Source of the DNA: Promethearchaeota archaeon
GTDB taxonomy: Archaea; Asgardarchaeota; Lokiarchaeia; Sigyniarchaeales; SOKP01
Direction of reading: 5' to 3'
Assembly: GCA_016926735.1 (NCBI GenBank)
Contig: JAFGOA010000226.1
Span: 1-11,143 of the forward strand
DNA: 11,143 bases
Below are positions 1-7,630 of the stretch, in pieces (within the stretch, counting starts at the first letter, position 1; the number at the start of each line of letters is the position of its first letter). The position numbers were made by a program, and so were the translations under genes. The notes under the pieces are model-generated. The model worked only from the letters and a program-made list of their open reading frames with translations, made no database searches and was not told the DNA's origin.

Positions 1-35
1 TACAAAATTATATCAAAACATTCATAAATAAATGA
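1..35 (+). CDS. Probable 3' end of the upstream gene (partial, product unknown)
   Basis: The frame starting at 3 reads QNYIKTFINK-TGA(33-35) and overlaps the ATG at 32 as ATGA, the same coupling seen at 778, 6559 and 10376. An alternative frame ends at TAA 25-27. Confidence 0.45.
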   Translation, partial: QNYIKTFINK

Positions 36-781
36 AAATCGCAATAATGCAACCCTATTTTTTCCCATACATAGGATATTTTCAATTGATTAATGCTGTG
101 GATAAATATATTTTATATGATCATTTTAATTACATAAAGAGCTCGTGGATTAATCGTAATAGGATTATTCAAAAAAAAAGCGAGATTGGACTAATAACTC
201 TTCCTTTAAAAAATAAAAGTTCTTTTTTAAAGATTAAAGATATTGAGATAGATGATACAAAGAAATGGAAAGAAAAAACAATAAAAACAATTAAAATAAA
301 TTATTCAAAAGCTCCATATTTCGATATAATTTATCCAATCGTAAAAGATGTTATAGAACTTCAAACAGACAAGTTGTCAAATATAAACAAAGCTTCAATT
401 AAAAATATTTGTAATTATTTACAAATAAAAACAACAATAGATTATAACTATAATAATGCTGGTAACATTGAAAATCTTTTATTTAATGATAATTATTTAG
501 AAAGTAATTATTCTGGATTAGAAAAGAAAACTGCTAGATTAATCGAGATATGCAAAATTGAAAAAGCAGATACATATCTCAATTCTATTGGAGGAATTGA
601 CTTGTATTCAAAAGACATTTTTAATAAGCACAATATACAGTTAAGATTTTTAAAAACAAATATTATTAAATACAAACAATTTACAAATACTTTTATTCCA
701 AATCTTTCCATTATCGATGTTCTAATGTTTAATAGTCCTGATGAAATACATGAAATGCTTGATGATTATGAGTTGATATGA
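32..781 (+). CDS. WbqC-like family protein (polysaccharide tailoring; proposed aminoacyl/glycyl transferase)
   Basis: The N-terminal MQPYFFPYIGYFQLI..D.Y..YD, the WINRNRI, NYSKAPYF and YLNSIGG motifs and the C-terminal F.PNLSIIDVL.F are characteristic of the WbqC family. 249 aa. Confidence 0.92.
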   Translation: MKIAIMQPYFFPYIGYFQLINAVDKYILYDHFNYIKSSWINRNRIIQKKSEIGLITLPLKNKSSFLKIKDIEIDDTKKWKEKTIKTIKINYSKAPYFDIIYPIVKDVIELQTDKLSNINKASIKNICNYLQIKTTIDYNYNNAGNIENLLFNDNYLESNYSGLEKKTARLIEICKIEKADTYLNSIGGIDLYSKDIFNKHNIQLRFLKTNIIKYKQFTNTFIPNLSIIDVLMFNSPDEIHEMLDDYELI

Positions 782-1743
782 ATGATATTGGCGGTTTTTT
801 TGAACTTGAACTGAATCAAGGACTCGAATATCACAATAATGCCTTGCGTTTGAATTTAGGTCATACAGCTTTTGAGTACATTTTACGTTTAAGAAAGCCT
901 AAAAGAATATTTTTACCCTATTATACATGTGACGTAATGCTGTATCCTCTGAAAAAATTGAGTATACCTTATAATTTTTATCACATTGATAAAAAACTTG
1001 AACCAATATTTGATTATAAAAGATTAAAAAGAAATGAATATTTCGTATATACCAATTATTTTGGAATAAAAGATTGTTATATAAAGAAAATTTCTATGGA
1101 ATGCAACAACTTAATCATTGATAATGCGCAGGCATTTTTCAGTTTTGCAGTTAAAGGAGTTGATACATTTTACTCGGCCAGAAAGTTCTTTGGTGTACCC
1201 GATGGAGCTTATTTATATACCAGTAGTATGTTAAAAGAAAAATTTAAACAAGATAATTCTGCAAATCGATTTCGCCATTTGATTGGACGCGTAGAAAATA
1301 GCCCTGAAAATGCGTACAGTTTGTTTAAAAAAAACGAGCAATCATTATATAGACAATCAATAAAAACAATGTCCAATATTACTCGCAGGATTTTGAAAAA
1401 CATTGATTATGAAAGAGCCAAAAACATTCGACTTGAAAATTTTAATTATCTTGAGAAAGCACTAAAAAAATCAAATTTATTGAATATTAAGCTTGATAAA
1501 AATAGTGTGCCAATGGTTTATCCTTATTTTACTAAGAAAAAAGATTTAAGAAACAGATTAATTAAAAATCGAATATTTGTTGCTCAGTATTGGCCAAATG
1601 TATATGAATGGGTCTCTAAAAATTGCTATGAATATTACTTGACAAATAATTTAATACCACTGCCAATCGATCAGAGATATTCAGTAGATGATATGAAAAA
1701 TATTTTAGAAATTTTGGATTTATCTATTGAAATTTCTTTATAA
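778..1743 (+). CDS. PLP-dependent fold-type I protein, shortened DegT/DnrJ/EryC1/StrS-like
   Basis: Motifs LPYYTC, YTNYFG, IIDNAQAF (equivalent to the PLP-binding EDAAQA), YSARKFFGVPDGA (putative Schiff-base Lys, codon 1183-1185) and C-terminal LIPLPIDQRY. 321 aa, ATGA overlap with the WbqC gene. Confidence 0.8.
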   Translation: MNDIGGFFELELNQGLEYHNNALRLNLGHTAFEYILRLRKPKRIFLPYYTCDVMLYPLKKLSIPYNFYHIDKKLEPIFDYKRLKRNEYFVYTNYFGIKDCYIKKISMECNNLIIDNAQAFFSFAVKGVDTFYSARKFFGVPDGAYLYTSSMLKEKFKQDNSANRFRHLIGRVENSPENAYSLFKKNEQSLYRQSIKTMSNITRRILKNIDYERAKNIRLENFNYLEKALKKSNLLNIKLDKNSVPMVYPYFTKKKDLRNRLIKNRIFVAQYWPNVYEWVSKNCYEYYLTNNLIPLPIDQRYSVDDMKNILEILDLSIEISL

Positions 1744-1751
1744 TTAATAAA

Positions 1752-1758
1752 AAAGGAG
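1752..1758 (+). promoter_or_regulatory. Shine-Dalgarno site of the GNAT gene
   Basis: AAAGGAG ends 5 nt before the ATG at 1764. Confidence 0.7.
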
Positions 1759-1763
1759 ATTGT

Positions 1764-2306
1764 ATGAAAAATTATAATTATAGGATTTATTTAAGAGCTT
1801 TTGAATTTGATGACTTATTATTATTAAATAAATGGAGAAATGATGACGAAATTTATAAATTTACAGGCGGAAACAAATACTTCATATCAACTGAATATGA
1901 CAAAAAATGGATCGAAAAAAAAATATTCAACAAGCAATCCAATATTTATTTAGCTATTTGTCTAAAAGAAAATAATGACCTTATCGGGTATTTAAGTATC
2001 ATTAATATAGATTACCGCAATAGAAAAGCTGAATGGGGTGGCATAATAATTGGAGAAAAAGCAATGCAGAATAAAGGCTTAGCAACTGAAGCAGGACATT
2101 TAATGTTAAAGTATATATTTGAGGAGATAAACCTAAATAGATTTTATGGCTTTTGGTTGGATAATAACAAAGCATCATTAAAAATGGCAGAAAAACTAGG
2201 ATTTAAGAGAGAAGGTTTATTAAGAAGTTCAGTGTATAAATTAAACTCGTATCATGATCAAGTTATAATGAGTATTTTAAAAGAAGAATATAATTGTACA
2301 TTGTAA
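1764..2306 (+). CDS. GNAT N-acetyltransferase, RimJ/RimL/PseH-like
   Basis: IYLRAFE..DL...KWRND, AEWGGIIIG, acetyl-CoA motif A QNKGLAT, N.ASLKMAEKLGFKREG.LR. 180 aa, with an SD. Confidence 0.9.
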   Translation: MKNYNYRIYLRAFEFDDLLLLNKWRNDDEIYKFTGGNKYFISTEYDKKWIEKKIFNKQSNIYLAICLKENNDLIGYLSIINIDYRNRKAEWGGIIIGEKAMQNKGLATEAGHLMLKYIFEEINLNRFYGFWLDNNKASLKMAEKLGFKREGLLRSSVYKLNSYHDQVIMSILKEEYNCTL

Positions 2307-2383
2307 TATTTAAATAACATTGTATATTGCTCACTTTTTCAGAAAAACGGAGAAAATGTATCATTAATCTTGAAGGAGGAGAG

Positions 2384-2553
2384 ATGAGCAAATCTAAAAG
2401 AAATAGGACATCGAAGGAAAAGGTAGCAATCGTATTAGAAGGATTGAAAGAGAAGTTACCAGGGTACTTTCCCTTAGAAAACACCCAAAGGAATTTTGCT
2501 CCCGTCACGTTATAAACAAGACACAGTATTATCGATGAATAGACAAGCTGTTA
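2384..2553 (+). pseudogene. IS3 OrfA (HTH) fragment with frameshift and nonsense codon
   Basis: SD AAGGAGGA (2373-2380) precedes ATG 2384: MSKSKRNRTSKEKVAIVLEGLKEKLP. A second frame from 2488 reads KEFCSRHVINKTQYYR*IDKLL, matching the OrfA HTH pattern ELC.RHGIS..QYY.W..K, with the Trp codon changed to TGA (2536-2538). Confidence 0.78.
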
Positions 2554-2555
2554 CT

Positions 2556-2714
2556 TTAAATGATTTACAAGATCCATATTTGTATAAAGATGCTTTGGAT
2601 AAATGGATCAAAGACTACAATATGTATTTACCTTATTCAACACTGGAATGGAAAACCACTTATGACTTTGAAAAATATTATATGCAACCTCTAACCAAAT
2701 TTCCGTTTGATTAA
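2556..2714 (+). pseudogene. IS3 OrfB (DDE integrase) C-terminal fragment
   Basis: LNDLQDPYLYKDALDKWIKDYNMYLPYSTLEWKTTYDFE resembles the W...YN..RPHS.L...TP tail of IS3 transposases. The DDE core is absent and the stop lies in the right IR region. Confidence 0.78.
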
Positions 2715-2767
2715 TGGGGAATATAAAATATACAATATAAATATTACTTTCAAGTTAAGATTTATCA

Positions 2768-3796
2768 ATGATGAAAAAAGATATTCTAATTGTTGCTGAT
2801 AGACCTCATTGGGCTTATCACAATATTGTGGAATTTGTTTATAAGCAATTTTCTAATGAATATAATATATATAAAGATTATTTACTATTTAATTTGAAAA
2901 TTGATAACAGATCATCTGTTTTAAAAAAACAATATCGTAAAATTAAATATAAATATAGAGAATTGCATAAATATAAATATTCTAAAATAAAGACAGATAA
3001 TAAATACGATCTTGTTATTTATTTGGGATTTTATTTTCCATTGCAAATGAAGAATAATTATCATTATTCAAAAATTATTAAAGGTATATATACAGAGGGT
3101 TTTCCTCCGGAAAATACTGAAAGTTTTATTAAAACAGAAGAAGAGTTTATAAAAAAGTATCTAATTGATTGTGATGCAATAGTATGTGGAAATCAAAACA
3201 TCAGAGAATTTTATTCTAAATTATTCCACCGTTGTTATTATGCTAATGCTTCACATGATGAATTATTATTTAAGAGGAAAAATTCAAAAACAATAAATAA
3301 TAGTAAAAAATTTATCATTGGCTGGTCAGGAAATAAAAATAGACCTTTTAAAAATTATTATAATATTATCTTGCCAGTAATTTCTAAATTGAAAAAAATT
3401 TATCCAGGGATTATATTAAAAACAAGAACAAAAGGTAGTATGAATTCATTGCCTGGTTTTTATAGTGATATTGATTTGGTAATAATTGCATCAGAAAAGG
3501 ATGCTGGACCTTCACTTTTTTATGAAGCTAGTTTGATGGATGTACCATCAATTTCATGTAAAACTGGTATGCCGAGAGAAATAATTAAGCATAAACATAA
3601 TGGATATTTTGTAAATAATTGTTGTATTGATGATTTTCAAAATGGGATAATCGAAATATATAATGATAGAAAATTATTGTTTTCAATGTCGCAAAATATA
3701 AGGAAAGATGCTATAAATCAATTGGGTACAGAGATAAGCAAAAAACGTTGGGAAATAGTATTATCTGAAGTTTTGAGAGAACAAAGAATATTTTAA
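2768..3796 (+). CDS. Glycosyltransferase, GT-B fold (GT4-like), divergent
   Basis: IIGWSGN...FK, DLVIIASEKDAGPSLFYEASLMDVPSISCKTG..EII....NGY. Start at 2768 or 2771. Confidence 0.85.
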   Translation: MMKKDILIVADRPHWAYHNIVEFVYKQFSNEYNIYKDYLLFNLKIDNRSSVLKKQYRKIKYKYRELHKYKYSKIKTDNKYDLVIYLGFYFPLQMKNNYHYSKIIKGIYTEGFPPENTESFIKTEEEFIKKYLIDCDAIVCGNQNIREFYSKLFHRCYYANASHDELLFKRKNSKTINNSKKFIIGWSGNKNRPFKNYYNIILPVISKLKKIYPGIILKTRTKGSMNSLPGFYSDIDLVIIASEKDAGPSLFYEASLMDVPSISCKTGMPREIIKHKHNGYFVNNCCIDDFQNGIIEIYNDRKLLFSMSQNIRKDAINQLGTEISKKRWEIVLSEVLREQRIF

Positions 3797-3901
3797 AAAG
3801 ATTTTATAAATCCTTCAATGTAAATGAGACAAAAAGTGTTATATATTTTTGTACCCTCTTAAATCTTCAGCTAAGAACAAATTGAGAGTGTAACTCTAAT
3901 A

Positions 3902-5449
3902 ATGTTTTTGCTACAAAAAAGAATTATTACTATTGCGATAATTTATAATATTCTCTTGGCTGTTTTATATGAATATGCATTTGTTAATAGAAGTATTGAA
4001 TATATATTATTTATAGGTATTACCGTTTTAGTAATTTATTATTCTTATAAAAATAATTATCCTTTTGCTGTATTTATATTATTGATGGGGCTCTCAATAC
4101 AATCAGATTTATTAAGATATTTATTGTCTTTATTAAATATAACAGTTTTATTGGTAAAATATGAGATTCAAAAAAATCATAAACATACTTACAATAGTTT
4201 ACTTATAAAATTATTCTATTTGTTAATTGTTTATCTTTTTATATCATATATTATTTTTCAAAGAACATTTACAGATTATTGGAGCTTCCCATTATATTTA
4301 GTTACATTTCTTTCATACCCTTTAGCATGTTTTATATTTATACAAATTAATTTTTCTATAAAAGATTTGGAAAATGTAAGAAAAAGTATTATGACATTTT
4401 TACTAATACATATAATTACTGTATTAATTGTTCCCGTATTTTCTCAAAACTATTTGAGTTATTTGTCTTTATTTTCTTCAATTAGGGCTTTCTTTATTAA
4501 CTTTGGAATTAAAACATTTAATATTAGCGGATTTACTGGAGATATACATAGTAGTAACCTATCAAGTAGTAACACAATAGGTTTATTATCATACTTATTT
4601 ATTACATATACATTTATTATTTATTTTAGAACAAAAATAAAAAAAAACTTATTAGTCCTTTGTTTGGCTATTATTGTATTTATTATGACAGATACTAAAC
4701 ATGCTTATTTTGCTGTAATGATTAGCTTTTTAATACTTTTATTTTTGCTTTTGAAAAAACAGAAAGAAGTATTAATAAAGTATTTTCTAATAATATTGAT
4801 TATATCAAGTTCGATATATCTATTTATTTATATCGACAGTTATAAAAAAAGTATTAAAACTTTCCATAACGAATATTTTATTCGCAGGTCTAATCCAAAA
4901 TTAGAATTATATAGAAGATGCTTAAATGAAAACATAAAAAATCCTTTGTTGGCTATTATTGGTAGAGGCCCAGGAAGTTTTGGTAGTAGGGTCTCTAACT
5001 CAAGAGCGGCTGATATGTTGCATAAAAGCGAAATAAAATTACCAGATTTTATTCCTTTAACAACAAATCAGGATTATAAAAATGTTATGACAGGTTTATA
5101 TGAGCAATCTTTTGTAAGAAGATCAAAATCTGGTGCAATGCAAAACCCTTTTGCAAGTTTTATAGGTATAGTAATGGAGATGGGATTATTTGGATCAACT
5201 TTATTTATCTCAATATTTTTATTAATTATTAAATACTGTATAAAATCATTCTTTGTTGAGAAAGATATATATTGGTCTGCATGTTTATTATCAACAATTA
5301 GCATAATAATACTAATCTTAATTGTTTCAATATTTGATCAATATTTTGAATCGCCGGCATTAATGATACCTTTCTGGCTTATTATTGGATTATCACTAAA
5401 AAGAATAGAAGTGTTAAAAAGTATTGCTATTGTAGAAAAAACAATTTGA
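3902..5449 (+). CDS. Polytopic membrane protein, probable Wzy polysaccharide polymerase (O-antigen ligase-like fold)
   Basis: About a dozen hydrophobic segments and a large late loop containing IIGRGPGSF, followed by EMGLFG. Very AT-rich and flanked by glycosyltransferases. Confidence 0.72.
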   Translation: MFLLQKRIITIAIIYNILLAVLYEYAFVNRSIEYILFIGITVLVIYYSYKNNYPFAVFILLMGLSIQSDLLRYLLSLLNITVLLVKYEIQKNHKHTYNSLLIKLFYLLIVYLFISYIIFQRTFTDYWSFPLYLVTFLSYPLACFIFIQINFSIKDLENVRKSIMTFLLIHIITVLIVPVFSQNYLSYLSLFSSIRAFFINFGIKTFNISGFTGDIHSSNLSSSNTIGLLSYLFITYTFIIYFRTKIKKNLLVLCLAIIVFIMTDTKHAYFAVMISFLILLFLLLKKQKEVLIKYFLIILIISSSIYLFIYIDSYKKSIKTFHNEYFIRRSNPKLELYRRCLNENIKNPLLAIIGRGPGSFGSRVSNSRAADMLHKSEIKLPDFIPLTTNQDYKNVMTGLYEQSFVRRSKSGAMQNPFASFIGIVMEMGLFGSTLFISIFLLIIKYCIKSFFVEKDIYWSACLLSTISIIILILIVSIFDQYFESPALMIPFWLIIGLSLKRIEVLKSIAIVEKTI

Positions 5450-5467
5450 ACCCATAAAAAGGAAAAT

Positions 5468-6562
5468 ATGAAGATTGCTTTTTTAGTTGACAGTCTTTTG
5501 GGCGGAGGAAAAGAAAGGCAATTATTATATCTTGCTCAAGAACTGTCTTTAAAAAATCAAATATTAGTTATTTCATTCAATGATGATATTTTTTATAAAG
5601 ATATATTAGATCTACCTGTTAATATTATCACATTTTCTAAAAACAAAAGATATTCAATTAAAACATATTTATTTTTATATAAGAAATTGTATTATTTCAA
5701 ACCGGAGATTATTCATATATGGGATAAGATTTCGCATTTAATTGCATTACCATATATTCTTACTCATAAAACAAAGATTGTGAACGGTTCTATTCGATTT
5801 GGAGGGAAATTAGATAAAAATATTGTTCAAAAATGGGTTAGTAGAATTTCATATACTTTTTCAGATAAAATTGTAGCTAATTCATTTGCTGGTTTAAAAG
5901 TTGAGAATTTGTATCAATCAAACAAATCTATTGTAATATTCAATGGAATTGATTGTAATGACAAAAATATCAAAACTGAATTTATTAATTGTTTTTACAA
6001 TGAATATAAAAGATTTGATAAATATATTGTTATGGTTGCGCGTTTTTATCCTTCAAAAGATTATATTACATTTATAAAATCTGCAAAAATTGTTCTACAA
6101 AAGTATAAGAATGTTGGTTTTTATTGTATCGGGGAAGGACCAAACAGGAATGAAGCAGAAATAGAATCTGATATATATTTGAATAAAAATATATTTTTCT
6201 TAGGACAATGTTTTGATGTTAAATGCTTGTTAAATAATTTTGATATTGGAGTTCTTTTAAACAACACAATTGGCCACGCCGAAGGCTTGTCAAATGCTAT
6301 AATGGAGTATATGCTTGCAGGCTTGCCTGTAGTTGCTACAAATGCAGGCGGCAATCCAGAAATTATTAATGATGGAGCTACAGGTTTTCTTGTTTCTCCG
6401 TTTGACGATAAAATTGTTGCTGATAAAATAATTTATCTTTTACAAAATCAAGAAGAAGCAAAAAAGATGGGGTGTGAAGGGAGAAATGTTATCAAAAAAA
6501 GGTTTAGTAAAAAAATTATGTCTAGAAGATATTTAACCCTATACAATGATTTAATTGGATGA
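5468..6562 (+). CDS. Glycosyltransferase family 4 (GT-B)
   Basis: GGGKER, NGID, MVARF...KD, canonical EX7E (EGLSNAIME), GLPVVATNAGGNPEII.DG.TGFLV. SD-like AAAGGA upstream. Confidence 0.93.
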   Translation: MKIAFLVDSLLGGGKERQLLYLAQELSLKNQILVISFNDDIFYKDILDLPVNIITFSKNKRYSIKTYLFLYKKLYYFKPEIIHIWDKISHLIALPYILTHKTKIVNGSIRFGGKLDKNIVQKWVSRISYTFSDKIVANSFAGLKVENLYQSNKSIVIFNGIDCNDKNIKTEFINCFYNEYKRFDKYIVMVARFYPSKDYITFIKSAKIVLQKYKNVGFYCIGEGPNRNEAEIESDIYLNKNIFFLGQCFDVKCLLNNFDIGVLLNNTIGHAEGLSNAIMEYMLAGLPVVATNAGGNPEIINDGATGFLVSPFDDKIVADKIIYLLQNQEEAKKMGCEGRNVIKKRFSKKIMSRRYLTLYNDLIG

Positions 6563-7629
6563 AAATTTCGTTTATTGGTGATTTAGCACTAAATGGGTTA
6601 ATAGTTGAAAAGAAAGAATTAAACCATTCAAGATTTAAAGAAGTTTCAAAGTTATTGAAAACCATGGATCTAAATATATCAAATCTCGAAACTCCAATTA
6701 TTGTTCATGGAAATATCAATCCAACAAAAAAACTAAACGGTGTAATTCTTGGGACAGAAAAAAATATTTTAATGGATATATTAAAATATATAAATATAAA
6801 TTGTGTTTCAATTGCCAATAATCATATTTTTGATTATTCAGATAATGGCATTGAAGAAACTTTACAATGTTTAAATAGTTTGAAAATTAAGTGGAATGGA
6901 ATTAGGGAAAAAGGAACTAAAAACATCTGTACTATTGTTAAAAAAAATAATTTAAGAATAGGTTTCCTCGCTTATGTTGATTTATCAACAAACCCAAAAA
7001 TATTATCAGATAGTAAATATGAGTTAAATGTCTTAAATGTAAAAAATGTAATACAGGACATTAGAGAATCCAGGCATGACTGTGATTTATTGATTGTTTC
7101 ATTACATTGGGGAAAAGATTATTCGAATTATTTTACAAAAGAGCAGAGGAAAATTGCTCATAGACTGATAAACGCAGGTGCAGATTTGATTATGGGACAT
7201 CATCCTCATGTAGTTCAAGCCTATGAGAATTACAGAGGTAAACGTATATTTTACAGTCTTGGAAATCTCTGTCATGGAGATTATTATAAAGAGGATAAAA
7301 TAAAAGCACTGAGAATAAAGACTAAAATATCAATTATTGCTTTATTGAACATAGAATCGAATAAGGTTGATTTTATTGTGACAAAAGAAAAGAAAGGTAA
7401 TTTTATAAAAGTTCAACCAAATATTGTATGGAAAAATTATTACAGGTTAACACTCTTAAAAAATCAATATAAGTTTATCCATTGTTTGCTAGTCATAAAA
7501 GAATCTATATTTGATCGGTTTTATGATTTTCTTTTTGGATATTATAGAAAGCCAATTACAGAAATTATGAATATTAAAAATTTAAAAAAAATTAAATATA
7601 TCAATGAAGATATAAATTCGCTTAAATAG
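6559..7629 (+). CDS. CapA/PgsA-family metallophosphoesterase-fold protein
   Basis: Complete CapA motif set: GDL, NLET, ANNHIFDY, SLHWG, GADLIMGHHPHVVQ, YSLGN. ATGA overlap with the upstream GT4. Confidence 0.92.
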   Translation: MKISFIGDLALNGLIVEKKELNHSRFKEVSKLLKTMDLNISNLETPIIVHGNINPTKKLNGVILGTEKNILMDILKYININCVSIANNHIFDYSDNGIEETLQCLNSLKIKWNGIREKGTKNICTIVKKNNLRIGFLAYVDLSTNPKILSDSKYELNVLNVKNVIQDIRESRHDCDLLIVSLHWGKDYSNYFTKEQRKIAHRLINAGADLIMGHHPHVVQAYENYRGKRIFYSLGNLCHGDYYKEDKIKALRIKTKISIIALLNIESNKVDFIVTKEKKGNFIKVQPNIVWKNYYRLTLLKNQYKFIHCLLVIKESIFDRFYDFLFGYYRKPITEIMNIKNLKKIKYINEDINSLK

Positions 7630-7630
7630 C

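Larger units (their letters stand above)
2321..2734 (+). mobile_element. Internally deleted, degenerate IS3-family element (~414 bp)
   Basis: Termini are TGTATATT (2321-2328) and AATATACA (2727-2734), i.e. TG...CA, with an internal AAACGGA/TCCGTTT match. They enclose an OrfA-like HTH N-terminus and an OrfB-like integrase C-terminus. No clear target-site duplication. Confidence 0.8.

Noticed and set aside
2536-2538. In-frame TGA at a Trp position suggesting an alternative genetic code
   Set aside because: TGA terminates several intact genes here (781, 5449, 6562, 10379), and Trp is encoded TGG. This is a nonsense mutation in a pseudogene.
2327-2714. Track ORFs 2327-2515 and 2496-2714 as small proteins or RiPP precursors for the ATP-grasp/AsnB enzymes
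   Set aside because: They are explained as frameshifted IS3 OrfA/OrfB fragments and have no leader/core pattern.
6559-7629. Canonical poly-gamma-glutamate capsule operon (capBCA)
   Set aside because: No CapB Mur-ligase or CapC gene in the window, and this CapA lacks a membrane anchor.
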